Positions 22,430 to 36,889 are shown, numbered from the stretch's first letter. The stretch: 64,000 bases of DNA from Eukaryota sp. TZLM1-RC (GCA_040285825.1 JAUPSS010000004.1:3541658-3605657), one strand, 5' to 3'. Made by a program: numbers and translations. Notes: a model not told the origin generated them from the letters alone.

Positions 22430-24101
22430 CAATGTACTCTTACTCAGGGACTAAGATTTTGCCTGAAGATCTTGTTCTTTTAACTTTTAAATTTTAACGA
22501 AATCAACACTATTCTTTCCACTTTCTTACATATCCATCTCCTTAAATGTAATATTGAAGACTGGAAATATGAATCTGTTTTTGCAGTTAGTTTCATATAG
22601 AGTATATTCAAAGTCCTGACACACCATGGAAAAAGGAACATTCATTTACAATTAAACCAAAACTTCCTTATAGAGAAATAGCAAATGGTTTCAAAATAAA
22701 ATAATGGGTAGATACCACAAAATGGACAAATGGCACAAATACAAGAACAAGTATTAAAACTCATTTATTTAGATAATGATGAGAATGGCACATTTCAAAA
22801 TCTGGTCACATTTACACAAGCCCAACATGTAAGACAAGTAGGTCATCTAATAATACAATCTTTACATTGCATCTTTAAATTACAAAAAGACTTGTATGAA
22901 GAAATTTAAAATAAAATTGTTAATTCTATTTTTCTCCTTTTTTAATTTTTAATCACTCTTTTTATTATGTCAATAATTACCGATCATTTTAAATCAAATT
23001 GAATCATTGTTATTTCTTAAATTCATCAACATTACGGAATGAGGGAGATCTTCAAGTAGTAAAAGGTTTGCTCAAGAAGATTCAAAGGTACCACTAAACA
23101 GTGTACACCAATTAGTGTTAATTCACATTGGCCCTTGGAAAAAAAGTTTGGAGATCTTTATCACCATAGAGAAGAGATCTGGAAGAGTTCTCACTTCTCT
23201 TAGGTATCACATGTATTGTGTTCCCAGATATAGAAAAGTGAATAATAATCATGCCATTAAATAATATTACTATTAACTAGCCAAGTTATGTCCTGAAAAA
23301 TTATTCATGTCAAAACACAATTGAGCTGCAACGCTGATAACGATATTGTACTCCATTTAGTGGGGAAAAAATCTTCAATTTCATGTGTCTCTTGGACAGA
23401 CACTGTTTAAATTGAAGTTTTAAATAATTAAAATATTTTAAATAAATTATTTTAATTAGATATCACTCAGCAACCGATACAGATCGAAATTTAGGGCACC
23501 TGCTTCCATAATTTCTACAGTTTGATTAACTGATTTTTTGTTATTTATGGTAAGTACTCAAACAAAATTTAGTCAGGTACAATACAATTTAAAAAATGCT
23601 CTGAATGGAAAATAGATACTTTTTTTGAAGATTGGTTCAAATAGCTTGTCTAGTTTAATGCTCACAGAAAATGTAATTATGGTTCACGCTGGAAAGTGTT
23701 GTATTAGATTCAAGAGCTCGAGCATGCTGCTAAAATCTTACATCACATGCACACCTACAGTACGCTCTCGGTTTAGAAACAAATTTATTGAAGTTTCTTG
23801 ATAGATGAAAAATTTGGTCTCGTAATAAATAAAGTTGATTCATAAAGACTAAGTTCATCAAACCAAAATTCCAATTATACAAGATACCCAACTACTGATA
23901 CAAAAATATATACCAGTTATGGAAAATGTAGACACATCTTGAACTTTATCTATTTCAAAGCAAGACTTTTCTTGAGTAGATTGCATAGGAGATTTTGGAT
24001 TTTTGGATATTCATATTCTTGGTTTTTGTGACAAAAAATAAGTTTGCCCAATTTCATAATGAATAATTTGTATCATATACAATTCTATTGAATTAAATGG
24101 A

Positions 24102-26537
24102 CTTAATGTATTTATTGAATTTGCACACTTAATTGAATTAACTCAATACTAATGGGACGAATGTCATTGAACCAAGATTTCCTCTGCAAAATCTTGATCT
24201 CCTTGCTGTCTAGCTAAAGCTTCTCTTATTCGATTGAAAAACCGTGGTAATCTATTAATAATGGCAAATTGAATCCGTGAACGCCATAAAAATATATCAA
24301 ATCTTTTCATTGTTTTTTCTTGAACCATTTTTTGGAAGTCATTCAAAAAAGTTTCTGCTTCAACTGATAATCTTCCGTTTATCGAAAATGGAAAAGCAAT
24401 AAAAACTAGCTGTGTATTTCTTCCTGCATTAGCTTCTTCAATATCTTTATCATATTTTCTATGTTTTTCTTTTGCTTTAAAATCAAGAGCAGTCACAGGA
24501 TTAAGTTTTCTTCTGTGAACCAAAGTATCATTTGCAACATTACATGAAACAAAGTCAACAATAGCTTCAGAATTATCAATCCAATCACAGTATACATCAC
24601 CTCTATCATCAGAACCAAAATTATTCAGAGAAAGTGTTTCCTTCAGCAGGGGCTCTTTGCTACACGATATCCTTGCAGTTTGTGCCATAATGAAAAAAAA
24701 ACAGTGTCTCTAACAGCATCATGTAATGAAGAACGATAAGTTATCAATTTAGAGCAATTCAGAGCATGGCTCAAAGTGAGTTGAGGTGAATTCGAACAAA
24801 TACATTTTTCTTTTGATAATAATTGATTAATGGGGATGTTCAAATATAATCTCATTTTTGTTACAAATGCTTCATTAGTGGCACACAACCCAAATCTTCG
24901 TGGTACAATAGTTACAAGAAGTGAAGAATCTGACGACTTGTTTTCACAAACACCCTTTTCCAATAACAATGAGTGAAGATCTTGATTTAAAACAGCCGAG
25001 CTGCATATATTATTATAAAGATCTTTTTCATACATTCCAGTCAATCGTTTCTGTAATGTTCGAAGAGTGTATTTCAAATTTAAAACATTTTTTTCTGGAA
25101 TATTGCCATTGAATGATTGGGGAAAACATCGACCCCATTTTTCTGCATCAATTTTTGAAATTTCTTCATTTAATGCAAAAACAGTGGAACTTTGCGTTGT
25201 CATCAATAAATCTTCCCAATCTGCAAATCTTTCGGAAAACTCAAAGATTGCATTTCTGCATCCACCAACAAAAGCACGTCCACCCTAAACCGCCATAATG
25301 TGGACTAAGGTAAGCATGATCTGGAATTTGAAACATTTTACATCCCAGTAATTGAGACAAAACTTTTGCACGTAACTCATTAAACTTCTGAGCCAAAGGT
25401 CTAGTGACGAGAGGATTTGTAGATCGAAATATATGATTAAACTTGGAACTAAAACACAGTCTTATAATGGTAAATTTGATGTGTTTTTTATATCTAAATT
25501 CATCATTCGGTCAATTTTGTCAGAAATTGAGTTCAACTTTTCAAACAATTTTTTAGTAATTTCATCATTATTTCCTAAAAACGAACCCAAATGACGAATA
25601 GCATCAATTGAATATAATTTGGCTTGAATTTCAATACCATCAACTATTGTCGAAACTGGTGAATTCGATAACAAAACACATTTAAGTAAATTAAGTCGGA
25701 CACCAATTTTGGTAAATAATTCTTTAAAACATACAGTTGCTTGTTTCACAATATTTAAATCACCAATAAGCACAACATCATCAATATATGCAATCATTTT
25801 TAGTGAAGGAAACATCTCTTGAATTTGCAGTAAAATAGGATGGCCAAACAAAACAAAAGAGGCCCTAACGGATCTCCTTGCTTTACACCACTTGATGAAC
25901 TCAAAATGTTGTTACCAAAATGTAAATTAGAATATGTGCAATATGTTGATTGAAAATACGGTATTAATTCCGGCATATATTGCAATAGAGTACCATGGAT
26001 ACTGCAACGACTTAGTGAATTGAAAGCATTACTAAAATCCAATGACATACAAACATTGGATTCATTTTGGCGAAATAAAACATCAGTAGCAAATATCGCT
26101 GAAGAGACTCCATCTGTGGTATTAATACCATATTGAAAGGGTAATAAAATTTTTTTTGCTTTCTCATTGAACCTGCTTAAGCAACACGCAAAAAAATATT
26201 GTGTAAGCTCTCAGAGACTGCAATAGGACGAACATCCATTTTTGAATTTTTGACAAGTGCAGTCAAACGAGAACTTCTTAATTCTTCTGGGTATTTGAGT
26301 TGACCAGATAATATTTTGTTGAAAAATTTGGTCAATAAACCAAGACAATCTTCTGAAGAAATAATCGCGGCTTTTACATGATCAATAGTAATACCAGAAA
26401 GTCCGGCAGACTTACCGCGTGGTCTCTTTTTGATCACCGAAAAAACTGCTGATGGCATCAATGGATAATTTTCCCAGTATGTGCCATAAAAATTTTGATC
26501 CATTATAGGGTCTTCATAAGGATGAAGTATTTTTAGT
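24102..26537 (-). mobile_element. RLE non-LTR retrotransposon family A, 5'-truncated, with 9-bp TSD
   Basis: RT (YIDD), CCHC and RLE fragments. TSD TTAAATGGA at 24093-24101 and 26538-26546. Empty site in the left arm near 5460. Confidence 0.93.
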
Positions 26538-27412
26538 TTAAATGGATGGAAGGCCCATGAAAAATATTTTCAACTCAATAAGCGAAATTCTTACCTATAC
26601 CCTTAACTACAAAATAAAATAATAAAAAGAACAGAACAGAATAGTAATAAGAAAATCACATTTAACAACTTGAGCTTCCATTTATGTATCATTACAAGCA
26701 GTGTTTGAAATTTCAACCACTGGATGCCACCAGGTGTTTTATTTGGTGATAAATTGAACCACCTGGTTGATGATTCTTGACACACATCTTCAATCTTCCT
26801 AACATAACAAATTCTTTCCAACATAATGTTTTATTACCAATAATTTGTTATACATGTTTTACTATTGTTTGTGGACACCCACAGCCATTTGCAAGTTTAT
26901 AAAATAGCAAGGATTTATTCAGGAAGAATTAAGAGGTGGCATTGAATTTCACCTGGTTTAGCACCGGGTACAACCTAGAGCACCTGATACAGCTGGTGCA
27001 CCTGATGTTTCGCTGGGTGAAAGTGTTGAAACGCTGGTGATTTCAAACACTGATTACAAGACTTGATCAAATGAAACAAATGATCCTCTTGTACATCTCC
27101 CTTAATAAATATGTAGGACCTGCATGATGGTGGACGATTTAGTATTGAGGATTGAAGCAACATTGCTGCCTTGTTAGTAAAAAACAGTGTTGTAGTGTAA
27201 GATTATCCACGAATTTGTGGAACTCCTGATCATTGAGAGGAATTTCGAAATATGATTCCAACCGCAGCAATCAAGCAAGAAATGCTCTCCACTCACAAAT
27301 CAAGAATCACCATTAAGAAACAACAATTAATCTTGGCGAGACAATTTGCAAAATCAAAACTCAAATTCCCAAACTCCTTTCAAATCTTGTATTCTTATCT
27401 TCATCGATCTCA

Positions 27413-27724
27413 ATGGCTGGCCGTGGAAAAGGTGGAAAAGGTTTAGGTAAAGGTGGTGCCAAGCGCCATAGAAAGGTTCTTCGTGAAAACATCCAAGGTA
27501 TTACCAAGCCTGCTATTCGTCGTCTTGCTCGTCGTGGTGGTGTCAAGCGTATCTCTGCACTTATCTATGATGAAACCCGTACTGTTCTCCGTACTTTCCT
27601 CGAAAACGTGATCCGTGACTCTGTTACTTATTGTGAACATGCCAGAAGGAAGACTGTCACTGCCATGGATGTTGTCTATGCTTTGAAACGTCATGGACGT
27701 GTTTTGTATGGTTTTGGTGTTTAG
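27413..27724 (+). CDS. H4: Histone H4 (copy 2)
   Basis: Protein identical to copy 1. Confidence 0.99.
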   Translation: MAGRGKGGKGLGKGGAKRHRKVLRENIQGITKPAIRRLARRGGVKRISALIYDETRTVLRTFLENVIRDSVTYCEHARRKTVTAMDVVYALKRHGRVLYGFGV

Positions 27725-27738
27725 GTTTTTGTTTTTGG

Positions 27739-27754
27739 GGTGTTTTTCAACACT
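27739..27754 (+). other. Histone mRNA 3' stem-loop (H4 copy 2)
   Basis: GGTGTT-TTTC-AACACT. Confidence 0.85.
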
Positions 27755-28087
27755 TATAAAGCTTTTAAATTTGATTTATTTGTTGTTTTAATTTAGCTTA
27801 TAATTTTCTATAATTTGTTTGAAACTGATTATTTAATTTGGAATCGTTGACTAACATTCTCATCATTTATAAGACAATAGCTTGAATTGTACTTGCCAAG
27901 ACCTTCAGTTCATTGTGTTTGAATGTAAAGATTAGCCATAAAGTGTTGGTCAATTAACCATTTTCTGGGTGTTTTGCTTCTTGTACATGTCAAGCGTCCT
28001 CATTTACAGATCTTGCATACATAAACTCATTCCTACAGCTCAGTTACTTGGATTCTAGGATTCAATATTTGCAGTTTTGGTTCTTTA

Positions 28088-29034
28088 TTTTTTTTAAAAC
28101 TGGAATATTTATTGAGATAAAAATAACCATCTAGAATTCAATATCCTCCAAACAAGCGTCACTATTACTGAACCTACTCACAGCATTACGTTCATATTCT
28201 ACACCGATAGCTAAAAGTGCCTTTGAAATCATTGTAGGAATAGACTTGAAAATGCAAAAAACAATTCTATTTAACCAGAAAGTGGAGTTCATTGTTTTAC
28301 AAGACGTATTCAGTAACACTTTTTTAAAATTTTCCAAAAAGTGCAACCCTGAAGGTCCAGTATTGCCAAAAAGAGAAATTGCAAACGGCACAAACTGATA
28401 TTTCACTTGTTCCACTCTACCTAACTGTGTCAAAGGTTCTTCATATTGTTTTATCTTCTTTTTTTTGGCGTTAGATAACGGCGAATCAGCGGAATACACT
28501 AAACGAGCAGCAGAATTTTTGCAAACATCAACCGAGACAACATCTACAACATTGAGAACACCATCGATCCCTGGAGCTACTAAATCTGCCCTTCTTTTAC
28601 CAAAGGAATCATCAGTTTGATCTGAAGACAGCTTACGTACTGATGGCTCAATAAATGCCTCTATATTGAAACTTTTGCACATGGCATATAATTGATCACG
28701 AACTGAGTCATGAACAAGTGTGCGATAAGTTATAAAATACTTACAGTTTAAAATATGGGAAAGCGTAACAACACTCTTGCAGCGACAAATTAAATCATTT
28801 GGTAATGAACAAGGCCATAGAAAACATCTCATTCTCATTAAAGTGGTCCATTGGTGATCATTAAGTAGAAGGCCATAAATGTTGGGAGATTAGGCAACTT
28901 GAGCAATTGTCTTCAAGATCAATCAAAAAGTTTGCAAAAACGGGATTTTTTCCCTTAGCCAAGCTAAGACGTACAATATAATCCAAGTTTTCTAAAACTT
29001 TCAAGATTTTTTTCTGCAATTTTGCAAAAGTCAG
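28088..29034 (-). mobile_element. RLE non-LTR retrotransposon family B, 5'-truncated, with ~12-bp TSD
   Basis: CRC..HILNC, EP, RRADL, DVVSVD, ends EDIEF*. AATAAA plus A tail. TSD TTTGGTTCTTTA at 28076-28087 and 29035-29046. Empty site in the left arm near 3950. Confidence 0.93.
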
Positions 29035-29105
29035 TTTGGTTCTTTAAGAAAGATAAAATGAAGAACTTTTTAATTAAATAAGAAAATCACATTTATTACC
29101 CAAAT

Positions 29106-29121
29106 AGTGTTGAAAAACACC
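29106..29121 (-). other. Histone mRNA 3' stem-loop (H2A copy 2)
   Basis: GGTGTT-TTTC-AACACT. Confidence 0.85.
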
Positions 29122-29133
29122 ATACAAAACAAC

Positions 29134-29517
29134 CTAGATTTCCTGGGAAGCTTGTTCTTCGGCTTCAACACGAGCCTTGGATCCCTTGGGAAGGAGATCG
29201 GAATGAATATGAGGAAGAACACCACCAGAGGGAATCATGATGTGGGACAAGAGCTTGCTAAGTTCTTCATCATTACGGATAGCCAAGAGAATGTGTCTGG
29301 GGACAATACGAGTCTTCTTGTTATCTCTAGCAGCGTTACCAGACAATTCAAGGACCTCAGCGGTGAGGTATTCAAGGACAGCAGCCATATAGACGGGAGC
29401 GCCAGCTGCAATACGTTCAGCATAGCGACCTTCACGGAGGTAACGACGGATACGACCTACAGGGAATTGGAGTCCTGCTTTGAAGGAGAGAGTACGAGCA
29501 CCAGTTTCTTCAGCCAT
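29134..29517 (-). CDS. H2A: Histone H2A, H2A.X-like (copy 2)
   Basis: Protein identical to copy 1, with only synonymous changes. Confidence 0.98.
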   Translation of the reverse strand: MAEETGARTLSFKAGLQFPVGRIRRYLREGRYAERIAAGAPVYMAAVLEYLTAEVLELSGNAARDNKKTRIVPRHILLAIRNDEELSKLLSHIMIPSGGVLPHIHSDLLPKGSKARVEAEEQASQEI

Positions 29518-29666
29518 GAGAGATAAATTAATGAGGATGAGGAAATTGAATTTCAATTTCAACACGACAATTTTGATTGTTGCAAGATTGTCATTTGTGG
29601 CAAACCATTGAATCAGCTTGTTTTTGGTGCAAAACCTGAATCTTGATCACCATTTCTCTCAATCTC

Positions 29667-30101
29667 ATGCCTGGAAAAAAGTCTGTAAAGTCTACCAAAT
29701 CCATCAAGGGCGTTCCCTCCAAAGCCCCATCAAAGGCCCCTGCCAAAGCTGTAAGCAAAGCTGTTGCTGAAGGAGGTGCTGCCGCTGCTGTCCCCAAGCG
29801 TAAGAAGGCCCGTAAGGAGACATGGGCTACCTACATTTACCGTGTCCTTCGCCAAGTTCATCCCGATACTGGTATCTCCACCAAGGCCATGGGAATCATG
29901 AACTCTTTTGTCAATGACATTTTTGAACGTATCGCCACTGAAGCTTCCCGTCTTGCTCGTGTCAACAAGAGGAATACTCTTTCTTCTCGTGAGATTCAGA
30001 CTGCTGTTAGATTATTGTTGCCTGGTGAGCTCTCCAAGCATGCTGTTTCTGAAGGTACCAAGGCTGTTACCAAGTTTACCTCTGCTGGTGAAGGTGAATA
30101 G
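29667..30101 (+). CDS. H2B: Histone H2B (copy 2)
   Basis: One A>V difference from copy 1. ATG at 29667. Confidence 0.99.
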   Translation: MPGKKSVKSTKSIKGVPSKAPSKAPAKAVSKAVAEGGAAAAVPKRKKARKETWATYIYRVLRQVHPDTGISTKAMGIMNSFVNDIFERIATEASRLARVNKRNTLSSREIQTAVRLLLPGELSKHAVSEGTKAVTKFTSAGEGE

Positions 30102-30117
30102 ATTTGTGGTATTTGAT

Positions 30118-30133
30118 GGTGTTTTTCAACACT
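30118..30133 (+). other. Histone mRNA 3' stem-loop (H2B copy 2)
   Basis: GGTGTT-TTTC-AACACT. Confidence 0.85.
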
Positions 30134-30483
30134 GGATAAATTTGTTTTTTATTGTGTATTTTAATTTAGTATATTTTATTGATGTTTTCATCTGAATTCA
30201 AGTTTTTGGGGAAATACAAATGACAATTGTTCAATAAAATTGGGATTTGCTAAACCTGTTGTTCCTAAACAGAACCCACATTGAATATTTCAATAGTTCC
30301 ATATAGGAACAGAATTTAGTGCACGTCTAATGAAGAGTGACAACAAAGCCGTAGGTCTACACAACCAAACCACCGAAAACTAACCAACAAAAGCAAATGA
30401 CAATTGATTCTTCCAAGACATTTTCCCTGCTCTGAATTTCTGCTCAATTACAATGCTTTTCACAATAATCCTGATCTACACTA

Positions 30484-30891
30484 ATGGCCCGTACTAAGCA
30501 AACCTCTCGCAAGACTACCTCCACCAAGACTCCAAGAAAGCATTTGGCTACCAAGGCTGCTCGCAAAGCTGCCCCCGCTACTGGTGGTATCAAGAAACCC
30601 CATCGTTATCGTCCTGGTACCGTTGCTCTCCGTGAAATCAGAAAGTACCAAAAGTCTACTGAGCTCTTAATCCGTAAGCTACCCTTCCAACGTTTGGTTA
30701 GAGAAATTGCCCAAGAGTTTAAGGGTGAGTTGAGATTCCAAGCCTCTGGTATCTCTGCTCTTCAAGAAGCTGCTGAAGCTTACCTTGTTGGTTTGTTTGA
30801 AGACACCAATCTCTGTGCTATTCATGCTAAACGTGTTACCATTATGCCCAAGGATATGGCTTTGGCTAAGAGAATTCGTTCTGATTTTTAA
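30484..30891 (+). CDS. H3: Histone H3 (copy 2)
   Basis: Protein identical to copy 1. Confidence 0.99.
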   Translation: MARTKQTSRKTTSTKTPRKHLATKAARKAAPATGGIKKPHRYRPGTVALREIRKYQKSTELLIRKLPFQRLVREIAQEFKGELRFQASGISALQEAAEAYLVGLFEDTNLCAIHAKRVTIMPKDMALAKRIRSDF

Positions 30892-30902
30892 TTTTTTTAG
30901 GA

Positions 30903-30918
30903 GGTGTTTATCAACACT
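30903..30918 (+). other. Histone mRNA 3' stem-loop (H3 copy 2)
   Basis: GGTGTT-TATC-AACACT followed by AATAAA. Confidence 0.85.
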
Positions 30919-31196
30919 TGTTTCAATAAAATCTGTTTTAAAATTTTATTTAAGGAAAAAATTAATAAGTTCTATTTACAACAGTGAGGTTTCTTGCTCA
31001 TCTCTAATTTAAACAAGAAAAGTTCAACACAAAAGATAGGTCAAGCCATTGTGCACTGGTTACATCCATTAATTGAAGGCAAGGTTTTTTTATAAGGAAT
31101 GTTTGTCATTGACAAACATCTGATCACTCTAGTCTTGTCCTCTACTAATAATGGAGATGATTCTTCATGCCAGATGTTTCTCTCCACTGATCATTG

Positions 31197-31262
31197 ATGC
31201 CTGGTATCACTGCTACCTCTCCTGTTTCTCTTTCCGATGAATCCCTCTCCTCTGTTGTACAC
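31197..31262 (+). pseudogene. 5' fragment of the cyclin gene, truncated by the retroelement nest
   Basis: MPGITATSPVSLSDESLSSVV, after which homology is lost. Confidence 0.8.
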
Positions 31263-31278
31263 TGTTTGCCTCCATTCA

Positions 31279-32799
31279 TTTTTTTTTGAACATATTAATT
31301 TGTTGAACTTGCACACTTCATAATTAATGGGACGAAATTCATGGAACAAAGATTTCCTCTACAAAACCTTGATCTGCTTGTTGTCTAGCTAAAGCTTATC
31401 TAATTCGATTGAAAAACCGAGGCAATCTGGTAATAATGACAAATTGAATTCGAGAGCACCATAAAAAGATATTGAATTTTTTCATTGTTTTTTCTTGAAC
31501 CATTTTTTGGAAATTATTCAAAAAAGTTCCTGCTTCTACTGATAGTCTTCCGTTTATCGAAAATGGGAAACCAATAAAAAGTTGTCTATTTCTATCAGCA
31601 TTAGCCTCTCCGATACCTTTGTCATATTTTCTATGTTTTTCTTTAGCTTTAAATTCAAGAGCACTTACAGGATTAAGTTTTCTTTTTTGAACCAAAGTGT
31701 CATTTGCAACATTACAGGAGACAAAGTCAACAACAGCTTCAGAGTTCTCAATCCAATCACAGTATACATCACCTCTACCATCAGAACCAAAACTGTTCAA
31801 TGACAGTGTTTCCTTCAGCAAAGGCTCTTTGATACACGATCTTCTTGCAGTTCGTACCATATTGAAAACAGTGTCTCTAAAAGCATCATGTAATGAAGAA
31901 CGATAAGTTATCAATTTAGAGCAATTCAGAGCATGGCGCAAAGTGAGTTGGGGTGAATTCGAACAAATACAATTTTCTTTTCATAATGATTGATAAATGG
32001 GGATATTCAAATATTATCTCATTTTTGTTACAAACTTCATCAGTAACACACAGTCCAAATTTTCGCGGTACAATGGTTTCAAACAGTGAAGAATCTGATG
32101 ACTGATTTTCACAAACACCATTTTCCAATAACAATGAGCGAAGATCTTGATTTAAAACAGCCGAACTGCATATATTATTATAAAGATCATTTTCATATAT
32201 TCCAGTCAACCGTTGCTGTAATACTCGAAGAGTGTATTTCAAATTTAAAAAATTCTTTTCCGGAATATTACCATTGGATGACTGGGGAAGGCATTGACTT
32301 CAATTTTTTGCTTCAATTTTTGAAATTACATCATTTAACGCAAAAGCAGTAGGACTTTGCGTTATCATTAAGTCTTCCCAATTGGCAAATCTGTCAGAAA
32401 ACACAAATATTGCATTTCTACATCCACCAATAAAAGCACATGAAGTAAGAATAGACGCCTTTGTCCAACCTAAACCGCCATAAAGTGGACTAAGATAAGC
32501 GTGATCAGGAATTTGGAACATTTTACATCCTTGTCATTGTGACAAAACTTTTGCAGGTAATTCATTAAACTTCTGGGCCAAAGGCCTGGTGATAAGAGGA
32601 TTTGTAGATCGAAATATATGATTAAAGTTGGAACTAAAACACAGTTTTATAATGGTAAATTTGACATGTTTCTGTATATCTAAATTCATCATTTGGTCAT
32701 CTATTTCGGAAATTGAGTTCAACTTTTCAAACAATTCTTTGGTAATTTCATAATTATTTCCTACAAACGAACCCAAATTACGAAAAGCATCAATTGAAT
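31279..32799 (-). mobile_element. RLE non-LTR retrotransposon family A, 5'-truncated decayed copy
   Basis: LYGGLGW, HALNC, RGD and KHRKY fragments. A-rich tail at ~31279. Confidence 0.9.
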
Positions 32800-32940
32800 T
32801 TCTAATTTGTTAAATTGTAAACATTTTATTACTTCTAGAAGCAAGGTTCATGATACTGTAGGAGACCAATTATATTGTATGTGTAAGTCTCATAGAATTG
32901 TATCCTTTTTGGAACCTCTGTTGTCAAATCTGTTTGATAC

Positions 32941-33094
32941 TGATGGTCTTGGCTGTTGGTTATTGTCTGACATACAATGTGGAGTAACAGAAGTGTAATT
33001 TATTACGAAGAGGAATTGTATTCTCTCTTCTTAAGCTAACAGGCGGAATACTAATAACTAAACTATTAACTATAAATACTATTCAAGACTAATA
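32941..33094 (-). repeat. 3' LTR
   Basis: Direct repeat of 40224-40377. Reads TA...CA on the element strand. Confidence 0.95.
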
Positions 33095-36000
33095 CTGCCT
33101 TTTCCTCTCTTTCGAGCGACGAGCCCTAGAAGCTCTAGTCACAGGAGGTGAACTAATAGAATTATTACGCTTCTTGGGAGGAGCGGATTTAGTACGGCGA
33201 CGTGCTTTTGAAGTCTTGATAAAGTCTTTATACGCGGCAGTATTTTGGACTGTAGACACATGCTCAGTGGTGATCTCTTTTCCTGGCCATTGCACTTGGC
33301 AAAAGTCACCTTCCTGACTGAGCACTTTTTCAATGATGTGTTCTTCGACATCACCTGCAGCGACCCAGGAGTGGAACTCATCGTTGGTGGGCAAGCTGGA
33401 GTGCCAGGGAGCTAAGTGTTTGACGCTAGCTTGGACAATCGTACCTGTGCAGAGATTCTTAATATTCACAGACGAATTGGATTCGATTTCAGTAATTAGG
33501 AAGGGTCCTAAAAAGTCTCCATGAAGCTTAGCGGAAGAGCCAGATGCTCTCAATACCAATTGACCAACTTCAAAAGGGTTTGGAGTTGACGATCTAGCTA
33601 GCTTGGAAGCTTTGGAAGCTTGATGGTGTGCTGCCTTTTCCTGTTTCTCTTTCAATCTTCGAAATTTAGATTGAATTTCTTGAATAAAAGATGACTCAGA
33701 CGTCGAGCTTTCAATGATTTCAAGAATTTTGCCAGGGTTTGATCTGGGAGACACATCTGAGCCAAAGATCACTTGGTATGGGGTGTGGTTGGTTATTGAG
33801 CTCTTGGAAGAGTTGATCAATAATTGCACATAAGGCAAGTATTCAGACCACACATTGTAGGCATTGAAGTCTACGAGCAATTTCCGTAGGTTTTGCAGGA
33901 TGTCTCTGTGTCGGCGCTCTACCAGGCCGTTGGACGGAGAAAACCTAGGTATTGACTTTGACACCTCTATGCCCAAAAATTTGCTTAATTCGTCAAAGAC
34001 AGCCTTGGAAAATTCGGGTCCATTATCGCTGTGGATTTGAAATGGAATACCAAAGATGGCACAGACTTTCCAAATTAATGCATCTGCAGTAAGATTGGCA
34101 TTTATCTCTTTTAAAGGCACGATGATCGTGAACCTAGAGAAGCTGTCAATAAATACGAGGATGTATTTGTAGCCTTCTTGATCTTCTGGAAGAGGACCAA
34201 TAACGTCGGCGTTGACGCGAGCAAAGGGTCTGTCAGCCCACAATGAACCGGTTGGGGGAACATGCAGTTTGGGAACTGGCTTAGTTTTCTGACAGGAGGG
34301 TCATTCTTGGACGTGCTTATTCATGTCGGTGAGCATGTTTGGCCACCAATAATCGCTGTTCCTGAGCTTGTTCAGGCTTTCAGCTTTGCTTGGATGACCT
34401 CCTTGCAGAAGTCCATGCAACAAGTTAAGGGTGTCCTTAATGAGTGATTTGGGAATCACTATCTTGTTGTCGTGAGTCATATATAAATCAAGATGATTGT
34501 TATGAACACAGTTGTTGAAAGAGTGGTCTTTGGAAGCTATGGCAAGCTTCTGTTCGGACCTAATCTTACAGAGCCATGGCTCGAAAATAGGCAGGTCGTT
34601 GGAACATCGTTCTTTGATGACCATGATACGTTCGAAGTTGTTTAAGTCTTCGATGTAGTATCTTTCATTTTCTGTTCCATCAATTTTATCAATGTAAAAT
34701 GTTGGATGAAAATTTGGAGGCATTTGATGGGACAAATGATTGATCTCTTGATGGTCTATAGGCGGAACTATTCGAGACAACATATCAGCCCAGAAGTTAT
34801 TTTCCCCGTTGGTATGTACCAAATCAAAGCAGAATTCAGAGAATATGGGTAACCATCTTGTTACAATTCTGTTCTTCTCAGGAGCCGTGAACATGTAGGT
34901 AAGGTTTTGATGGTCTGTGAATATAACCAGTTTCCTTCCTTTCAAGTAGTTTTCAAAACCACTTTGAGTTAACATGAGTAGGATAGCATAGAGTTCCTTT
35001 TGGTTTGTCGGCCAGTTCTTTTGCGAGTTGGTTAACAACCGGCTGAAGAAGCTGATAGGCCTACATTTCCTGTTGATCAGGGGGGTACCGGGGTCGTCGA
35101 CTTGTTCGATTTGTTCCCATATGACGCCGCCTACAGCTATGTCGGACGCATCGCAACTAATTAAAATTTGGTTTTCCAGCGGAGGTAAGCTGAGCGGCAT
35201 GTGCTTCGCTATCAGTTGTTTGATCTTTTGAAGGAGTCCGTCGTGCATGTCGGTCCATTGAAGGCGTTGCGCGCGGGGTTTGGGTTTAACTTTGGAGTTA
35301 TTTCCATCCTTCTTAGTCAATCTGATGATAGGAGCGATGAGCTCAGATACCTGAGGAAGCCATTCTCTAATGAAGTTGACTGATCCTACGAGGCTGCGGA
35401 CGTCTTTGATTGTCTTTGGTCTAGGTAGATTCAACAAAGATTCAACGCGAGTGGGATCGATAGTCCGTTGTTTGTTTTGGAAAACACTGCCCAGTATCTT
35501 GATTGGGTGTCTGGAAGACACGAAATGGCACTTTGGAAGTCCCAAGGAAACTATTTTGCATCTGGCTTGATCAAGGACACGACGGAGGCGTTCAATGAAT
35601 TCGTCAAAGGTTGAACCTATGATTATGATGTCATCTATGTAAATGAGGACACCGTCTCCAGAGAAGATGTCAGCCATGACGTTTTGGAAAACGGCTGGGA
35701 CATTCTTTAGGCCAAAAGCTGCACGTTTGAACATGATGCTTTTGCCGGGAATGCTCAGGGCTGTTTTCTGCCAGTCCTTTTCAGCAATCTTGAGTTGCCA
35801 AAAGGCTTTGGGGAGGTCAAGGGTGCCTATGTAGTTCGCTTGGGAGAGAAATACCAGCACATCGGAGATCCTTGGAAGGTTGGGCTCAACAGGAATGGTG
35901 TTGGCGTTGACTCCGTCCTTGCCACTATAGTCACCGGTAAGGCGGGGCTTACGGTGATCTGGGTAGACCACTAGACAGACAGGGGAGCTGAACTCATGGT

Positions 36001-36889
36001 TCGATGGAACAGCAAATCCTGAGTCTACGAGTTCGTCGAAAATTTGGTTAGCGACCTCTAGCCTGGCTGGATTCAGGGTCCTGGGGGGTCTTCTAACTCT
36101 GACGTCTTCGTTGTAGAAGTTGATTTCCATGGGAGGGCAATCAATACCTTCAGCATGAGGCTTGAGGGTAAATACGTCTTCGAACTCTTTCAAAGTTTGA
36201 AGTAGGGACTTCTTGAAATGGTCGTTGTCGAGGTTGATGGTACAACCAGATGAGTTGATGTGTTCCAACCAACGTGTGGAAACGTTGACGACTTCTGAAG
36301 CTTGCGATATTCGATTGTCGAATTCGGCTTCAGGTAATAGTAATGTTCGACAGGCGTCGTCCATTCTAATATAAATGCCCTTGTTGTTCATCAGCCCAAG
36401 GTGGCTCAACAAGTCAGCACCAATGAGAATGGTCTCATGTCCAGGAACGATGCTGAACTTGTGTTTCACGTGTACAATCTGGGTAACGCTACCTAGTCTA
36501 ATGCTAAGGGTTCCAGAAGCAGTACCAAGGGACTGTGAGGTAGTTCCATCAGCAATCTTGTATGAAATGGTTTCGTTGGAACGTGCCATGTTACAATTAC
36601 TGATGACGTCTTCCGTGACTACTGAGCATGTTGCACCAGAGTCGAATATGCCTTTAACTTCGACATTGTTGATCAAGAAGTTTAATTGTAGGCAGTTGTG
36701 ATTCATGGATTGTACCATAAAAATTGTGTCAGAATCATGTCCATTTAGGTCGGCTTGTTCTGAGAAGAAGTTAGCCTGACTGTTGGGTATCTTGGTAGGT
36801 TCCAAGTTTGCAAGCGGATTGATAAGAGAATCTTTCCATGCTGAACTTTCTGTATGTGGTTGTGTTGTTGTTGTAGGGGGTATGGTTTC
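33089..36889 (-). pseudogene. pol: pol (protease, RT, RNase H, integrase, chromodomain-like tail) with an in-frame TGA at 34301-34303
   Basis: IFDSGAT, YIDD, CDAS/KELYA/TDH/ADMLSR, D-D-E integrase (ADVIGP, HSDNGPEF, GLVER) and GPF motif. The TGA replaces the first Cys of the HHCC finger (QE*PSC). Confidence 0.93.
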
